DNA of 64,000 nt from Leptolyngbyaceae cyanobacterium (GCA_965263355.1 CBDHHL010000031.1:1-64000); one strand, 5' to 3'. Positions 19,764 through 30,858 are shown, counted from the first letter of the stretch. Translations and numbers: made by a program. The notes: generated by a model from the letters alone, not told the origin.

Positions 19764-20377
19764 ATCTCCTTAAATGCTTTGCTATCCGTAGCATATCCCA
19801 ATCTTTCTTTATCCAAATTCCATTCAAACGCTTCATCCTGAGTCAATACGATCGCTAACGGCACTTTATCGCTATCGCCTAATGGGGGCATTTGCTCAGG
19901 TTCAGGGTTTTGTTGAGGTTCGGCGCGATTGCTGTCGGTGGGTTCTTCTATTAATTCGTCTAAATCTTCATCATTGAACCGTGAAATTAAATCACTAATT
20001 TCTTGCTCATCGTAACCAGTGTATATGTCTTCATCAATAGCTGAGATTGCCTCTAGCTCACTGATTAACGCTTCTAGTTCATAGCCTGAGTCTTGGGTTT
20101 TGTTATCAAGCAATCTAGCGGCTTTTATAGCGACATCGCCTGACAGTGACGACACATAGCAAGGTAGTTTGGGCATTCCAAGCATAAGGCCAGCTAACCG
20201 CCTGCCATGGCCTTTAACGATTAGAAACTTATCGCCATCAGGGACAACGACCAGCGGCACATCGAAGCCCGTTTGTTTAATAGAACGAGCAATTGATTTG
20301 ACCTGCCAATCTGGGTGAAGCTTGGCGTTATTTTCGTAGGGGATGAGCAGATCAATATCAATATCTTGAATTTCCAT
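19736..20377 (-). CDS. ParB/Srx N-terminal domain protein
   Basis: LIPYENNAKLH...SIKQTGFDVPLVV...GHGRRLA...RLLDNK. Confidence 0.9.
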   Translation of the reverse strand: MEIQDIDIDLLIPYENNAKLHPDWQVKSIARSIKQTGFDVPLVVVPDGDKFLIVKGHGRRLAGLMLGMPKLPCYVSSLSGDVAIKAARLLDNKTQDSGYELEALISELEAISAIDEDIYTGYDEQEISDLISRFNDEDLDELIEEPTDSNRAEPQQNPEPEQMPPLGDSDKVPLAIVLTQDEAFEWNLDKERLGYATDSKAFKEMWRQWKGNH

Positions 20378-20457
20378 TAGTAGGCAGGTTGTTTTATTGC
20401 TACTAATATAGTAGGAAAGTACCTTGGTACTTTTGTTGTACTTTCAGGTACTTTGCT

Positions 20458-20976
20458 GTGGGCGGACGGGCTGTAGACTGGGATTATTGGCGTAAAGAGT
20501 ATGTTCAGGGGGGGTTTGACGTTACCCTGAGGAGTTTATCTGAACGTTCAAATTCGCCAGCGTTGCAGACACTTAAGAATAGATCGGCAGAGGAGGATTG
20601 GGACGACCAGCGGAAGCGATATAGGCGGGAATTAGGGAATTTAGGTGCTTATGACTTTGGCAAGCAAGAGATAAAGCCAGAGGTAGCGCATGTCATCGAT
20701 CAAACGAATAAGATTATCGATGCGGCTGAAATGCTAACTCAGCATAATAAGTTAGCTAAGGCGTTGATTGCTGTTGGCGCTGCGAGCATAGCGGAATTAC
20801 AGAAGAATAATTATGAAAAAGCTAAAAAGATGAAGCCGAATGAGGCGATCAATTTTATTTTGAAAGGGATCGATGTTCAGCGGACGACCGAAGGGTTAGC
20901 TACCAGTAAGACAGAGATTGATTTTGTAAATATGTCTGATACGGATTTGGACGCATTTATTAATGGTGACGCTTAG
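20458..20976 (+). CDS. terS: Terminase small subunit (putative)
   Basis: N-terminal HTH (DWDYWRKEY...TLRSLSE), directly upstream of terL. Confidence 0.7.
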   Translation: MGGRAVDWDYWRKEYVQGGFDVTLRSLSERSNSPALQTLKNRSAEEDWDDQRKRYRRELGNLGAYDFGKQEIKPEVAHVIDQTNKIIDAAEMLTQHNKLAKALIAVGAASIAELQKNNYEKAKKMKPNEAINFILKGIDVQRTTEGLATSKTEIDFVNMSDTDLDAFINGDA

Positions 20977-22882
20977 GCAACGTGCATTAGCTGAAAGGGA
21001 GAGGCGCAGGCGACGAAGAGAGCGTGAGCGTGAGGGACAAGTAACGGAGGCTCAAAGCTACTATACGACTGGCGAGCAGTTTATAGAAGCCGTTAAATCA
21101 TTTGGCTGCAATGAGAACGGAGATCCGATTCGTTTAAGGCCATGGTTTATTGAATATCTAAAATGGTTGGGAGAATTACGAATTCCTAAGAAAGCTATCA
21201 GTGGCGCTCAGCAGTCTGGCAAGTCGTTAGGATGCACGTTGTTTTTAGCCTATGCGGTACAGGAACTAGGCTTAAAAATGATTTATTCTTATGATTCTCA
21301 GGCGGCTCGTAACTCTCAGGTGACTTTGAACCTTAGGCCGATTCTGAATGCTTGGGAGGAGGCCAAAGAATTGAATGGAAATAATTTAGACCGCAACACC
21401 GAGATATGGAAATCATTATCAGGCGGTTTTGCTAAATATGTTTATTCGAGTGTTAATCGCAATGTAGGGCAGAGAAAGGGCTTAGCGGCTGCTGGCGGTG
21501 TTAACGTGGGCTTCCAGGCCGATGGGTTGATTGACGAAGAACGTTCTCAGTCGCCGCCGGGTGCAAGAGATGCTTTTTATAGACGATTAGCTGAGTCTAA
21601 ACTTAAGCCATATCCACCGCATATCAATCTAGGAACACCGGGGGGTGGGTTAGGGATTGAGTTAGATTTTCAGCAATACGATCATCATTTTTATCCGTTT
21701 TATAAATGTCCTGAATGTGGCGCTGTTAAACCCCTTCATCCAAAAGGATGCTTATTAAAACCGGTGACGTTGTTTGAGCGTGGGGAAGAAATACAACGGT
21801 GGTTTTCACCATCGGGCAAGCCGTTAGAATGGTGGCATTCAGACCCAAACAAAATAGAATCGTCTGCCTATATTGGATGTTCTGAATGTGGGGCTAAGTT
21901 GCCTGACGAAGTGAGGATCGGGGCTTGGTTCCAGGGAGTAAGGTTTAATATTAAATTTGATATTGAGTCAGTAAAAGATATTACGTTGTCTCAGTTTCTC
22001 CAAGGGTTACCTGATGGCGAGCCAAAAGAGCAGATTAGTAGTGCGTTGATTATTTCGCCATTGCTCAGGGATTCAGATACAGCAGCGACAATGATACGCC
22101 AGTTGCTTGGGTCCAAAGATATTGCTGATGCACATCAACAGGTGCTGGGTATCCCGTCAGAAGCAGGCAGCGGGGTCATTACAGAAGAGATGATCCAACG
22201 ATGCATCGAACTACCTATCCCTGAACGTGAGCCTGATTGTGTAGTTGCAGGGGGAGATCAGGGAGTTAATCAAGACTGGCTATGGGTAGCTAGATGCTGG
22301 TTACCCAGTGGCTATGGTCAAATGTTGTCGTCTGAGATTGCGGATAAGACGGTGATGGAGGTTGTTTTTTACGGACCAATCCAGCGTTCAGAGGTAGGGG
22401 CGATTATCCAAAAATATAATATTGATGCTATTGCCTATGACTCTAAGCCTGAGGTTGCTGACGGCATCGCGCTAGCCCGCAACCATGGCGTGTTCTTAGG
22501 AAAGCAAATGAGTTTGCCAGAGTATGACATTAGGTCAGAGAATAAAATTCACGATGGTGAGAATTATTGTTTGTATAGTTTTAGACAAGAAGACTTCCAA
22601 GACCAGGTAGCCGCGTCGTTTGATTTGATTGCCTCAGATGGGTATCCGTTATGGAGGCTACCAGAGAGTTTCCATAAATGGTTGCAGCTAAGGAATGATG
22701 AGCGCTCACCTGTTAGGCACCTATGCGCAATGCAAAAAGATGGGGAGCTGGGTAAATGGGTCAGACCGGATGATCATGTTGACGATCAGTTTTTCGCGGC
22801 CATGTTTTTGAAATTAGCCTTTAGGTTATGGTTGGATGAGAAGAATACAAGTGTTTTTGTTGTAGGCAGGGCTAAATGGTAA
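20963..22882 (+). CDS. terL: Terminase large subunit (lambda GpA-like)
   Basis: Walker A-like GAQQSGKS, LIDE Walker B, GTP motif, CPECG/CSECG Zn-finger, nuclease GGDQG and DDQFFA. Confidence 0.88.
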   Translation: MVTLRQRALAERERRRRRREREREGQVTEAQSYYTTGEQFIEAVKSFGCNENGDPIRLRPWFIEYLKWLGELRIPKKAISGAQQSGKSLGCTLFLAYAVQELGLKMIYSYDSQAARNSQVTLNLRPILNAWEEAKELNGNNLDRNTEIWKSLSGGFAKYVYSSVNRNVGQRKGLAAAGGVNVGFQADGLIDEERSQSPPGARDAFYRRLAESKLKPYPPHINLGTPGGGLGIELDFQQYDHHFYPFYKCPECGAVKPLHPKGCLLKPVTLFERGEEIQRWFSPSGKPLEWWHSDPNKIESSAYIGCSECGAKLPDEVRIGAWFQGVRFNIKFDIESVKDITLSQFLQGLPDGEPKEQISSALIISPLLRDSDTAATMIRQLLGSKDIADAHQQVLGIPSEAGSGVITEEMIQRCIELPIPEREPDCVVAGGDQGVNQDWLWVARCWLPSGYGQMLSSEIADKTVMEVVFYGPIQRSEVGAIIQKYNIDAIAYDSKPEVADGIALARNHGVFLGKQMSLPEYDIRSENKIHDGENYCLYSFRQEDFQDQVAASFDLIASDGYPLWRLPESFHKWLQLRNDERSPVRHLCAMQKDGELGKWVRPDDHVDDQFFAAMFLKLAFRLWLDEKNTSVFVVGRAKW

Positions 22883-24351
22883 GCGATGCAGTCGGGCCAG
22901 ATTGGAAGCCAGCATCCTGGATAGGAAAGTATACGATCTTATGGCAGCGCATTAATGATGTGTATCAGGCTTTATGTACTTCCGATTTAAGAAGGGCTTA
23001 CTTAGAGCAAGCCAAGGCAGAGACTGACATTAGTTATCAATCTCGAGTTGAACTGGCGACTATGGATGAGTCGCTAAAAAAAGCGATTGCTGCGAATGCT
23101 GGATTGTTAAATGAATTCGAGGTAAGCGAAAATTCGCCAGACGAGTTACAAGGCGAAGCAACCAGTGTCACAATTGAGAATGACAACCTAAAAACGTATC
23201 AAGGCAAGGTTTTACATGGTGCATTCAAGTATGGAGTCGTGTTATGCGGTTGCCATATTGCGCCACAGTCTGAAGACCCAGACGGAAGGGTGCCATATTT
23301 TAGTGTGGTTTCTCCAGACGATTTGTCATCTCCATTAGTTCAGCGTCGTTATGATAGGCAATCAGGACAATACAGGAATGTATTAACTCGAATTGCGATC
23401 CGGTCGTATGAGGACAGACCTAGCGATAACGGATTCTCTGTGCAAAAGGTTGAAACCTATTGGGTATATCGGCACGGGGAAGATGATGTTGTTACAAAAG
23501 AACGCTGGGAACGCAGAAAAGCTGAAACGACGCAAAGCCAGGGCAAATTAGCCATCATGGGGCCACCTGAGGTGATCACTAATGCAGCAGGCGAGCCGTT
23601 AGGACGGTTACCGTTTATATGGTTTTCATTAGATCCAGCGGCTAAGGTAGGCCAGCCGGTTATTCCTCCATTCATGAGCTTAACCGATAAGCTGATTCGG
23701 TTATTTAATATGGAATCTGAGTTAGACGCAATTCAGCGGGCTGTTAATATTCCTATTCCTGCTCAAGGATGGCCTAACAAGATTCCAAATGAACCTCCTG
23801 AAATTCCAATGAGTCGTGATTTTGTTTGGCATTATGTGCAAGGTGGTGACGTTAAATTTGTAGAACCCGCAGGGACTGGCATGATGATTAGCGACCAGCG
23901 GATTCAAACATTGAAAAACGAGATCAGAGAAGAGAAAGAAAAGTATATAAATATTAGCCAGACAGCAACGGCGGCATTATTAGAGGCTGGTCAAACTCAG
24001 ATGACGATGCAGTGGTTTGCAAATGCGATTGAATCTGGATTTGAGGAGTTGTTTAAGTTATGGGCGCTGCTAAGCGATCGCAGTTATAACCCTGAGGAAT
24101 CAGCGGGTGGAATAAGGATTAGCCTTAAATTCTTAAAACCGTCGGCATCCCCTCAAGAATTGCAGTTAATCCCCTTATTGCTTGAAACGGGTGGCTTCAA
24201 GGATACATTCGAGGTTAGAGCATATTTAGAAGCGATTAATTTCTGGACTAAAGAAATGGAAATGAAAGCCGAACTTAAGCGAGAAAATTCAAATGACGAT
24301 GCAACCCCTCCAATGCTGATGGACCGGGGTGACCAATTAGTTTTAGGTTAA
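22876..24351 (+). CDS. Portal protein
   Basis: 491 aa after terL; Y..R...A, LPFIW, PPF..L, KFVEP, TAT motifs typical of DUF4055-type portals. Confidence 0.8.
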   Translation: MVSDAVGPDWKPASWIGKYTILWQRINDVYQALCTSDLRRAYLEQAKAETDISYQSRVELATMDESLKKAIAANAGLLNEFEVSENSPDELQGEATSVTIENDNLKTYQGKVLHGAFKYGVVLCGCHIAPQSEDPDGRVPYFSVVSPDDLSSPLVQRRYDRQSGQYRNVLTRIAIRSYEDRPSDNGFSVQKVETYWVYRHGEDDVVTKERWERRKAETTQSQGKLAIMGPPEVITNAAGEPLGRLPFIWFSLDPAAKVGQPVIPPFMSLTDKLIRLFNMESELDAIQRAVNIPIPAQGWPNKIPNEPPEIPMSRDFVWHYVQGGDVKFVEPAGTGMMISDQRIQTLKNEIREEKEKYINISQTATAALLEAGQTQMTMQWFANAIESGFEELFKLWALLSDRSYNPEESAGGIRISLKFLKPSASPQELQLIPLLLETGGFKDTFEVRAYLEAINFWTKEMEMKAELKRENSNDDATPPMLMDRGDQLVLG

Positions 24352-24355
24352 TGCT

Positions 24356-24778
24356 ATGCCATTTTTACCTGGTGACCGCTCACGATTGGTTGATGCACTG
24401 CAGTTAGTAGTAACGCAGGATGACCCTATTAGCCTGTTAGCTACACTAATGATTGATGTTGAGCTAAGAGATACAACGAATTCGACTGACAGAGCGGGTC
24501 AAATAAGATTGCTCGTAGATAAGATTGAATCAGCTCAAGATAGCCTTGATTCGATTGACGATGCTGTTTTGACTGAGACTCAGAAAGGTCCAATCACGGA
24601 AGAAACTGTTGTTGATCATTATACCCGGCAATATGGCAGCGGCAGCGGTGGAGGCCAAACAACTGAGGGGATGAAGATTGAGCGATTAAATAATATGCGC
24701 CAACGAATAAGACGGTTATTAGACCCATATGGTTACTTGAATCGTTATAGAGGTGTGGGCCGTGCCATTGATGGATAG
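24356..24778 (+). CDS. Head-tail adaptor-like structural protein
   Basis: 140 aa helical protein after portal; synteny. Confidence 0.4.
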   Translation: MPFLPGDRSRLVDALQLVVTQDDPISLLATLMIDVELRDTTNSTDRAGQIRLLVDKIESAQDSLDSIDDAVLTETQKGPITEETVVDHYTRQYGSGSGGGQTTEGMKIERLNNMRQRIRRLLDPYGYLNRYRGVGRAIDG

Positions 24779-25070
24779 GTTTATTCCAGCTGAAAGCCAG
24801 GGGGAAGGGCTAAGTATTAGCCAATTGAATTTATTAACTGAGCTACGATTAATTGACTATAAGAAGTCTCGACGGCGGGCAAAAAAAGAACGCAAACAAT
24901 TAATAGAGGCACCGACTCATGACGATTCAACGCAACCCATTGGATAGAGACGGCATTACCCGTAAAGGACAGCGATGGAGGTTAAACCCGCTAGTCATCC
25001 CAGACAAAAAGGTAGTCTATTGGGATCTTAGAGGGTTTACTGGAGCAGTAAAGACTAGCACTAAGCCTAA

Positions 25071-25766
25071 TTGATTGAACTTGAAGGCGTTTATTTTGAC
25101 TCAACTATTGGCCGTTATCGCTTTAGTGACGGTCGACGAATATCAACGGCTGAACTCAGGTTAGTTGTTAATGGGGAAAGATTAAAGCTCGAAGGCAGAC
25201 TATTAACTATTACTGAACGATATTTATCAGGCGAGCTAACGACAGAAGAGTGGCAACGCTTGATAATGGCTGAAATAAAAGAATCTAATATCATAATTCT
25301 TATATTGGCAGCAGGCGGGCATATCGCGCTAAATGCAAACCGGCAAAACCGACAATATTTTGAACAGCTTCGAGATGATCTGACCGGCATTGCAGCAGCC
25401 TTAGCCGCATTCACTTTAGCAATGCTGGCAGGGCAGAAAACACCAGGACAAATAAGAGGCTGGCTTAAGCTGCAATCTAAAAAAGTATTTAGGACGTTTC
25501 ATAGAACTGAACGGCTAACACAAAAAAGCATCCTTAGCCACAATGAGGCATTAAGAATGCTAGACCCGTTCGCGATTCATTGTCCAGAATGCCCAGCCTA
25601 CGACACAGGAGGGCAATGGTTAGCAATAGATGATGTAGTGCCTGCTACGGTGGCCTGTACTTGCGGCCCTAACTGCAGATGTACCGTAATTACTCGATTT
25701 AATCCAGCTAGAGCGATTGGAATAATCGGGGAAGCCTCATTAGTTGATGCCGTCATTTCCCCCTGA
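25071..25766 (+). CDS. Minor head morphogenesis protein (Mu gpF-like)
   Basis: C-terminal HCPECP...CTCGPNCRC motif. Confidence 0.7.
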   Translation: MIELEGVYFDSTIGRYRFSDGRRISTAELRLVVNGERLKLEGRLLTITERYLSGELTTEEWQRLIMAEIKESNIIILILAAGGHIALNANRQNRQYFEQLRDDLTGIAAALAAFTLAMLAGQKTPGQIRGWLKLQSKKVFRTFHRTERLTQKSILSHNEALRMLDPFAIHCPECPAYDTGGQWLAIDDVVPATVACTCGPNCRCTVITRFNPARAIGIIGEASLVDAVISP

Positions 25767-25897
25767 AATGATAAAACACGGCCAAAAAACCAGCAACTAA
25801 AGCATTGATGAGAATACTACTCCGCAAAATATTTGAAGCTTCCGGCAAAAGCGCCAAACACTGCAAGCAAATAATCACACATAATAGTAATTTTATA

Positions 25898-26107
25898 CTA
25901 ATCATTTTTTAGCCTTAATTTCCAGCCGAAATAATTCTCAACTCTAAACAGCATTATTGCGTCCGGCGCACCCTCACCACGTTCATACCTGCGCCATGTT
26001 TTACGACTGCATTTGGCAATTTCAGAGACAGCTTGGAGAGACACCCGTCTAGAGTCTTTCCGTCGTGTCTCCCATAAGATATTGCCAAAGCGTTTATAGT
26101 CGTCCAT
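25898..26107 (-). CDS. XRE-family HTH regulator
   Basis: SLQAVSEIAKCSRKTWRRYERGEGAP. Confidence 0.8.
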   Translation of the reverse strand: MDDYKRFGNILWETRRKDSRRVSLQAVSEIAKCSRKTWRRYERGEGAPDAIMLFRVENYFGWKLRLKND

Positions 26108-26214
26108 ATTTTACCCGCAATGGGTTAATTGTTCTCATTTTCCCAATTTTAGCAATTACGGCTATTTTTGGCAGCTTATATTTGAGGATATAAGTCTTTT
26201 AGGAATAGCATTCT

Positions 26215-27069
26215 ATGTCCGGCAATCCCCAAGGGATGGAGACTAACCTGGAATCTCAGGAAAAAGCAACTCCTCCAAACGCAACGGCTGACAATCAGCC
26301 AACTGTAGAAATCAAGAACCCTAATGCCTTGGTCAACGCTCACGAACGCGTCAAGGCAGAAAATGTAGAGCTAAAAGCCACGCTCGAAGCTTTGCAGAAG
26401 AAAGTAGGCGTAATTGAAAGTGTCTTTGGCCAGCTTGACGCGAATCAAGCTGAGCAAATTAAACAGCAGATTGCAGAGGCGGAACGCTTGAAGTCTGAGA
26501 AAGAACAGACTGAGCAGCGTTTGATTACATCGACAATTGCGAAACAAGAGGAAATTTTTAAACCTCAGATTATGCAATTAGAGCAGTCAAATTTAGCTCA
26601 GGCGCAAACGATCCAATCATTTTTAGAAGACCAGGCATTAAGCCAAGTTTTCTCTACAAATAATGGATCTGATTTTTACGCTTTCAAATCTTTATTTCCC
26701 CAATATTGGAAAGCTGAATTTGTTGACATTGAAGACCGTTTTGCCCCTGGTGGAATACGTAAGCAAGTCAAACGATTTGTAAAAGTTGATGGCACTCCAG
26801 TCACTGATGAGTCAGGCGTTGAGCTATCAATCAACCAATTATTCCAACAGGCCAATAAAGGTGTTTACGGGAACCCATTGAAAGCATCTTTCAATGAGTT
26901 TAATGCAGCTAGTGGAGATGGCTTCTATCAGGGTGCGACTGGCGAATCTGGCATTAAAAACCCATTCACTGAACAGCATTGGAATGTAACGGCTCAAGGA
27001 AATTTGCTAAGGCAGAATCGGGCATTAGCTCAACAAATGGCAGCACAAGCGGGGAAAAAGATCGGTTAA
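26215..27069 (+). CDS. Capsid scaffolding protein
   Basis: Coiled-coil; C-terminal KNPF...WNVTAQGNLLRQN..LA motif; upstream of MCP. Confidence 0.75.
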   Translation: MSGNPQGMETNLESQEKATPPNATADNQPTVEIKNPNALVNAHERVKAENVELKATLEALQKKVGVIESVFGQLDANQAEQIKQQIAEAERLKSEKEQTEQRLITSTIAKQEEIFKPQIMQLEQSNLAQAQTIQSFLEDQALSQVFSTNNGSDFYAFKSLFPQYWKAEFVDIEDRFAPGGIRKQVKRFVKVDGTPVTDESGVELSINQLFQQANKGVYGNPLKASFNEFNAASGDGFYQGATGESGIKNPFTEQHWNVTAQGNLLRQNRALAQQMAAQAGKKIG

Positions 27070-27085
27070 CCCATCCTTTTAAATA

Positions 27086-28048
27086 ATGGCATTTCTAGCG
27101 GACATAATTGTACCTGAAATCTTTGTTCCATATGCAGTTGAAAGAACAGCGCAAAAGTCGCTGTTACTTTCCTCTGCTATGGTTGAACGCAACAACGAAC
27201 TAGACCGATTGGCTAGTGGAGGCGGCAATAATATAAATATGCCGTTCTTCACCGATCTAACTGGTGATGATCTTGTATGGGATGAGACTGCAGAAGTCCC
27301 TGGTCGTATCCAAACGGCTCAAGACGTAGCAACTATTCTATATCGGAAAAAAGCATGGACTTCTAGCCAATTGGCTAAATATAAGTCTGGTGATGACCCC
27401 ATGGGTGAGATTGCTGACTTAGTGGCTGATTATTGGGCTAGACGGATGCAAACGGCATTAATTAGCACATTAACAGGTGTTTTTGCTAGTGCAACAATGC
27501 TGGCTCAACATGTTAATGATCAAAATGCCACGCCAATGAGCCGAACAATTGCAGTGAATACACTGGCATTGCTAGGGGATGAAATCAACGCACTTGGTTT
27601 CATGTTCTGTCACTCCACGGTTTATTGGAACCTGGTTGCACAAGAACAAATCAACTTCATCGTCCCATCAGAGATCGATACCACACTAGGCGGGCCTGAC
27701 GGTCAAATCCCAACTTACATGGGCAAGATTGTCATTGTCGATGATTCAGTTCCATCGAATGGCGGAGCTGGGCCATATACAACGTATTTTGCCGGTGCTG
27801 GTGCGATTGGCTATGGTGAAGCTCGGATGGACCCAGGGGACGCAGTTAAAACAGATGAAGACATTTTGGCGGGCACTGAATTTTTAGTGAACCGTCGAAT
27901 CTTTATCCTTCATCCGTTTGGTGTTCGTTGGGGTGGTACTCCTGCGGGTTCTGCTGCAACCAATGCTGAACTAGCGGTAGGCGCTAGTTGGACCCGTGTT
28001 TATGAACGCAAAAATGTACGTCTAGCGGCTGCTATTACTAGTCAGTAA
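27086..28048 (+). CDS. Major capsid protein
   Basis: LADIIVPEIF.PY, GG..INMPFF.DL.G, DPM..IA..VA.YW, IVDD motifs of HK97-fold coat proteins. Confidence 0.92.
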   Translation: MAFLADIIVPEIFVPYAVERTAQKSLLLSSAMVERNNELDRLASGGGNNINMPFFTDLTGDDLVWDETAEVPGRIQTAQDVATILYRKKAWTSSQLAKYKSGDDPMGEIADLVADYWARRMQTALISTLTGVFASATMLAQHVNDQNATPMSRTIAVNTLALLGDEINALGFMFCHSTVYWNLVAQEQINFIVPSEIDTTLGGPDGQIPTYMGKIVIVDDSVPSNGGAGPYTTYFAGAGAIGYGEARMDPGDAVKTDEDILAGTEFLVNRRIFILHPFGVRWGGTPAGSAATNAELAVGASWTRVYERKNVRLAAAITSQ

Positions 28049-28050
28049 CC

Positions 28051-28362
28051 ATGATTTATTCTTTGCACTATCCCCAGAAAATTGGCAAGAATGGCGCGAG
28101 GCCAACAACGCAAGCTGATCAAACAGCAGCCCGCAAAAAGGCTAATGAACCAGCGGATCGCGTTAAAGAGTTAATGGAGTCTCATACAGTTGCAGAACTG
28201 CGTGAGATCGCCAAAGGGCTTGGCTTGACAGTAGGGGGTAGGGCTAAAGAAGAGACGATCGCGACTCAAATCTATCAACACGAGGTAAAGGATCATGAGC
28301 CCAGCACAAATGCAACGGATGGCCAAAATAGCACGGATGGCAATGCGCAATCCAATGACTGA
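28051..28362 (+). CDS. Small protein with HeH/Rho-N-like domain
   Basis: TVAELREIAKGLGLTVGGRAKEETI. Confidence 0.6.
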   Translation: MIYSLHYPQKIGKNGARPTTQADQTAARKKANEPADRVKELMESHTVAELREIAKGLGLTVGGRAKEETIATQIYQHEVKDHEPSTNATDGQNSTDGNAQSND

Positions 28363-28468
28363 AAGGCAAGCGACCACCACCGCAACACCTTATAACCGAA
28401 TTAAAAGGACTGGCGGCAACCGTCGTACAGTTGATTACTCTCGACGTTATAACGGCGGCATGTAATCG

Positions 28469-28918
28469 ATGGTTCGTCGTGGCTACAGGAGACATAATCG
28501 GGTACTAATCGGTGGCAGTTCTCGCAACCTGGGGAACCATAACCTTTTAGTAACCCGTGGCAAATCTGTTAGTGACGAACCTAGGGTAGTTAATGGCATA
28601 GGAGAAATCCAAGCCAATGGAACGTTCAACGTCAGGGCAACATGGCTAGTCCCTAGTGATCCTGACATCATAATTACTGGTTACGAGATCGAGCATGAAC
28701 AGGTTGAGGCTCCTACAGTTGCATGGACAGGCACTCAAGTTGTGACCGGCCTGACAAATACATTTATTAATTTGCCTGAGGGAGTCTATAGGGTTAGGGT
28801 TAGAACTTTACACGGGTCTGGGCCTAGTGAGTGGGTAGAAAGTTCTACTATTAATGCATTTATAAATATTTCGTTTAATTGGAACGGCCAACCATCATTC
28901 CATACAGTGGCAGCATAA
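28469..28918 (+). CDS. Fibronectin type III domain structural protein
   Basis: ATWLVP...ITGYEIE...NLPEGVYRVRVR....GPSEW. Confidence 0.75.
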   Translation: MVRRGYRRHNRVLIGGSSRNLGNHNLLVTRGKSVSDEPRVVNGIGEIQANGTFNVRATWLVPSDPDIIITGYEIEHEQVEAPTVAWTGTQVVTGLTNTFINLPEGVYRVRVRTLHGSGPSEWVESSTINAFINISFNWNGQPSFHTVAA

Positions 28919-28921
28919 TAG

Positions 28922-30205
28922 ATGGCAAATATTCAGGCTAGAGACGCTAACAATAGTATTGTCTTTCTGAGTGCGACCGGTGCCGGGACAGACCCCGATC
29001 CGTTTGTACAACAATTTGCCAGTTCGTCGTCTGGCTCGCCAACCGCAACGCCCTACCAAATTAATGGCACTGGGCCTATTCTGTTTGGCATCCTATCAGC
29101 CGATGGAACGACCCTGGCCAATATCCCATCAGGGGCAACCGTAACAATTGGCACTGGACCAACAGAAGCCCAGCTGACAGCAAGTTCTTCCACTGGCGGT
29201 TTAGGCTCGCTTGAATCTGTCACTTACGATATCAGTGATGGGGCCGGTGGCACTACTAGCACGGGCAATAGTGGTTTTGCTGTCATTGGTCGCGATGACC
29301 TTGTTTATCCCACTGCCAATGACGCGTTTGCCGATGAGAACGGAGTTACGATTGGGACCGCTAATGGGAACGCGATCGTCACGGCAGTAGTTGGAGCTTC
29401 GAGCACTAACGACCCGATACTATTAGTTTCTGAATCTGTTCTCGAAATCCCAGCAACTGGCGATGCAGCAGCCACAGCGAACAGGCCAATTGTAGGCGGA
29501 CTCGTCACAGGCGCAACTGGATTCACTGTGGCCCCTGTAACGACGTTCGCAACTATCACATTTGAAATCGCTCAAGATAGGCTTGCTCAAATCAACACTG
29601 AGAGTGAGACGACGGCAGTCGCGACAGAGAATGAGTGGCTAGTGATTTTCACGACCGATGGCACCGTCCCGAACCCCACGATCGCATCAGAGTTAGGGCA
29701 ATGGGCAAGCAACGGGACTACGATAACGATTAGCCGCAGTGCATTGGAGGCCTTGCGAGTATTCGGCAACCAAGATATTGCGGGGGCAGCTACAGCATTT
29801 AGCCGCTCGCGAATGACGATCCGTCAATATCAAGGCGCATTCCCTGGTCCTAGGATTGCTAGGAATAAGCCTGATTTATCTTGGTTTTTAACGGGTGGGG
29901 TTACAACAGCTAATACGGCAGTCCAACAAAGTGCATCGGCTCCGGTTGTACTTAGTGCCAATCTCAACACTGATCAACAGTTAGTGCCTGCGAATATCAA
30001 CCGGAAAAGCATTGTTATCCGTAACAGCACGAATCAAACAATTTTTGTGCAGTATGGTTCAACGCCAGCCGCTACAACCGGGGCTAATTATGTCTATCAG
30101 ATTCTGTCTGGTCAATTTGACTCAGATGATTTCAACGGAGAAATTCGAGTAATCGCAGCGGCAGCCGCAACCGGTGAAATTGTTGGTCGGGAGGTTACTG
30201 AATAA
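28922..30205 (+). CDS. Virion structural/fibre protein
   Basis: Thr/Ala/Gly-rich beta protein; C-terminal NRKSIVIRN.....IFV.YG decoration-like domain. Confidence 0.55.
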   Translation: MANIQARDANNSIVFLSATGAGTDPDPFVQQFASSSSGSPTATPYQINGTGPILFGILSADGTTLANIPSGATVTIGTGPTEAQLTASSSTGGLGSLESVTYDISDGAGGTTSTGNSGFAVIGRDDLVYPTANDAFADENGVTIGTANGNAIVTAVVGASSTNDPILLVSESVLEIPATGDAAATANRPIVGGLVTGATGFTVAPVTTFATITFEIAQDRLAQINTESETTAVATENEWLVIFTTDGTVPNPTIASELGQWASNGTTITISRSALEALRVFGNQDIAGAATAFSRSRMTIRQYQGAFPGPRIARNKPDLSWFLTGGVTTANTAVQQSASAPVVLSANLNTDQQLVPANINRKSIVIRNSTNQTIFVQYGSTPAATTGANYVYQILSGQFDSDDFNGEIRVIAAAAATGEIVGREVTE

Positions 30206-30858
30206 TGCCTCCAGTGAGTAGACGGTTTCTACTGCCTAGAATCCCTGATAGCATGGCCTGGTTGGCGATGCCTGCTAATGGCGCGCCAGGTTCAGCTCAG
30301 CCAACGAATATCACGTTTAGGCCAAACAGTAACGACCCTGAAGACGCAAAAGTCCCACTAATTAGAACAACCTTCACGTTTGGCACGGGTGGAGCCGCGA
30401 GAGTTTCACAGGCCAGGATTAAAGGAGCAAAAATTAAGCTACTGGACTCTAGCGGGGCTGAAATCCCTGAAGGTTCTAGTACCGTTGGCAAGGATTTTGA
30501 ATTGCAAAACGGCTTTTTCTACAGGGGTAACTACAATTTTGGCTTCCAAAATTGGAGCAATGGCGAATATATCGATATCGGGCTAATGGACGCTGATCTA
30601 TTTGAGTCTCAAGTAATCGCCTCAGATCCGGGTCCGCACGCAGCGGGCCTATTGAATTATCAAGCGGACGGCACTGGGGAGAACGACAATTTGGGTACGT
30701 TGCGGCTATTGGCTGGTGAGTTTTATTTGGACTTATCAGGAGAAACAAGCCCTAAAAAGTTGTGCCTGGGGGCTTACAACGCTGACGGAGGGTCGAACAC
30801 CACCAAAGGTATAGCTTGGTGGCACATGTCTTTATTCATTTATGAGGTGATGGTATGA
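30205..30858 (+). CDS. Hypothetical structural protein
   Basis: 217 aa, translationally coupled. Confidence 0.55.
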   Translation: MPPVSRRFLLPRIPDSMAWLAMPANGAPGSAQPTNITFRPNSNDPEDAKVPLIRTTFTFGTGGAARVSQARIKGAKIKLLDSSGAEIPEGSSTVGKDFELQNGFFYRGNYNFGFQNWSNGEYIDIGLMDADLFESQVIASDPGPHAAGLLNYQADGTGENDNLGTLRLLAGEFYLDLSGETSPKKLCLGAYNADGGSNTTKGIAWWHMSLFIYEVMV

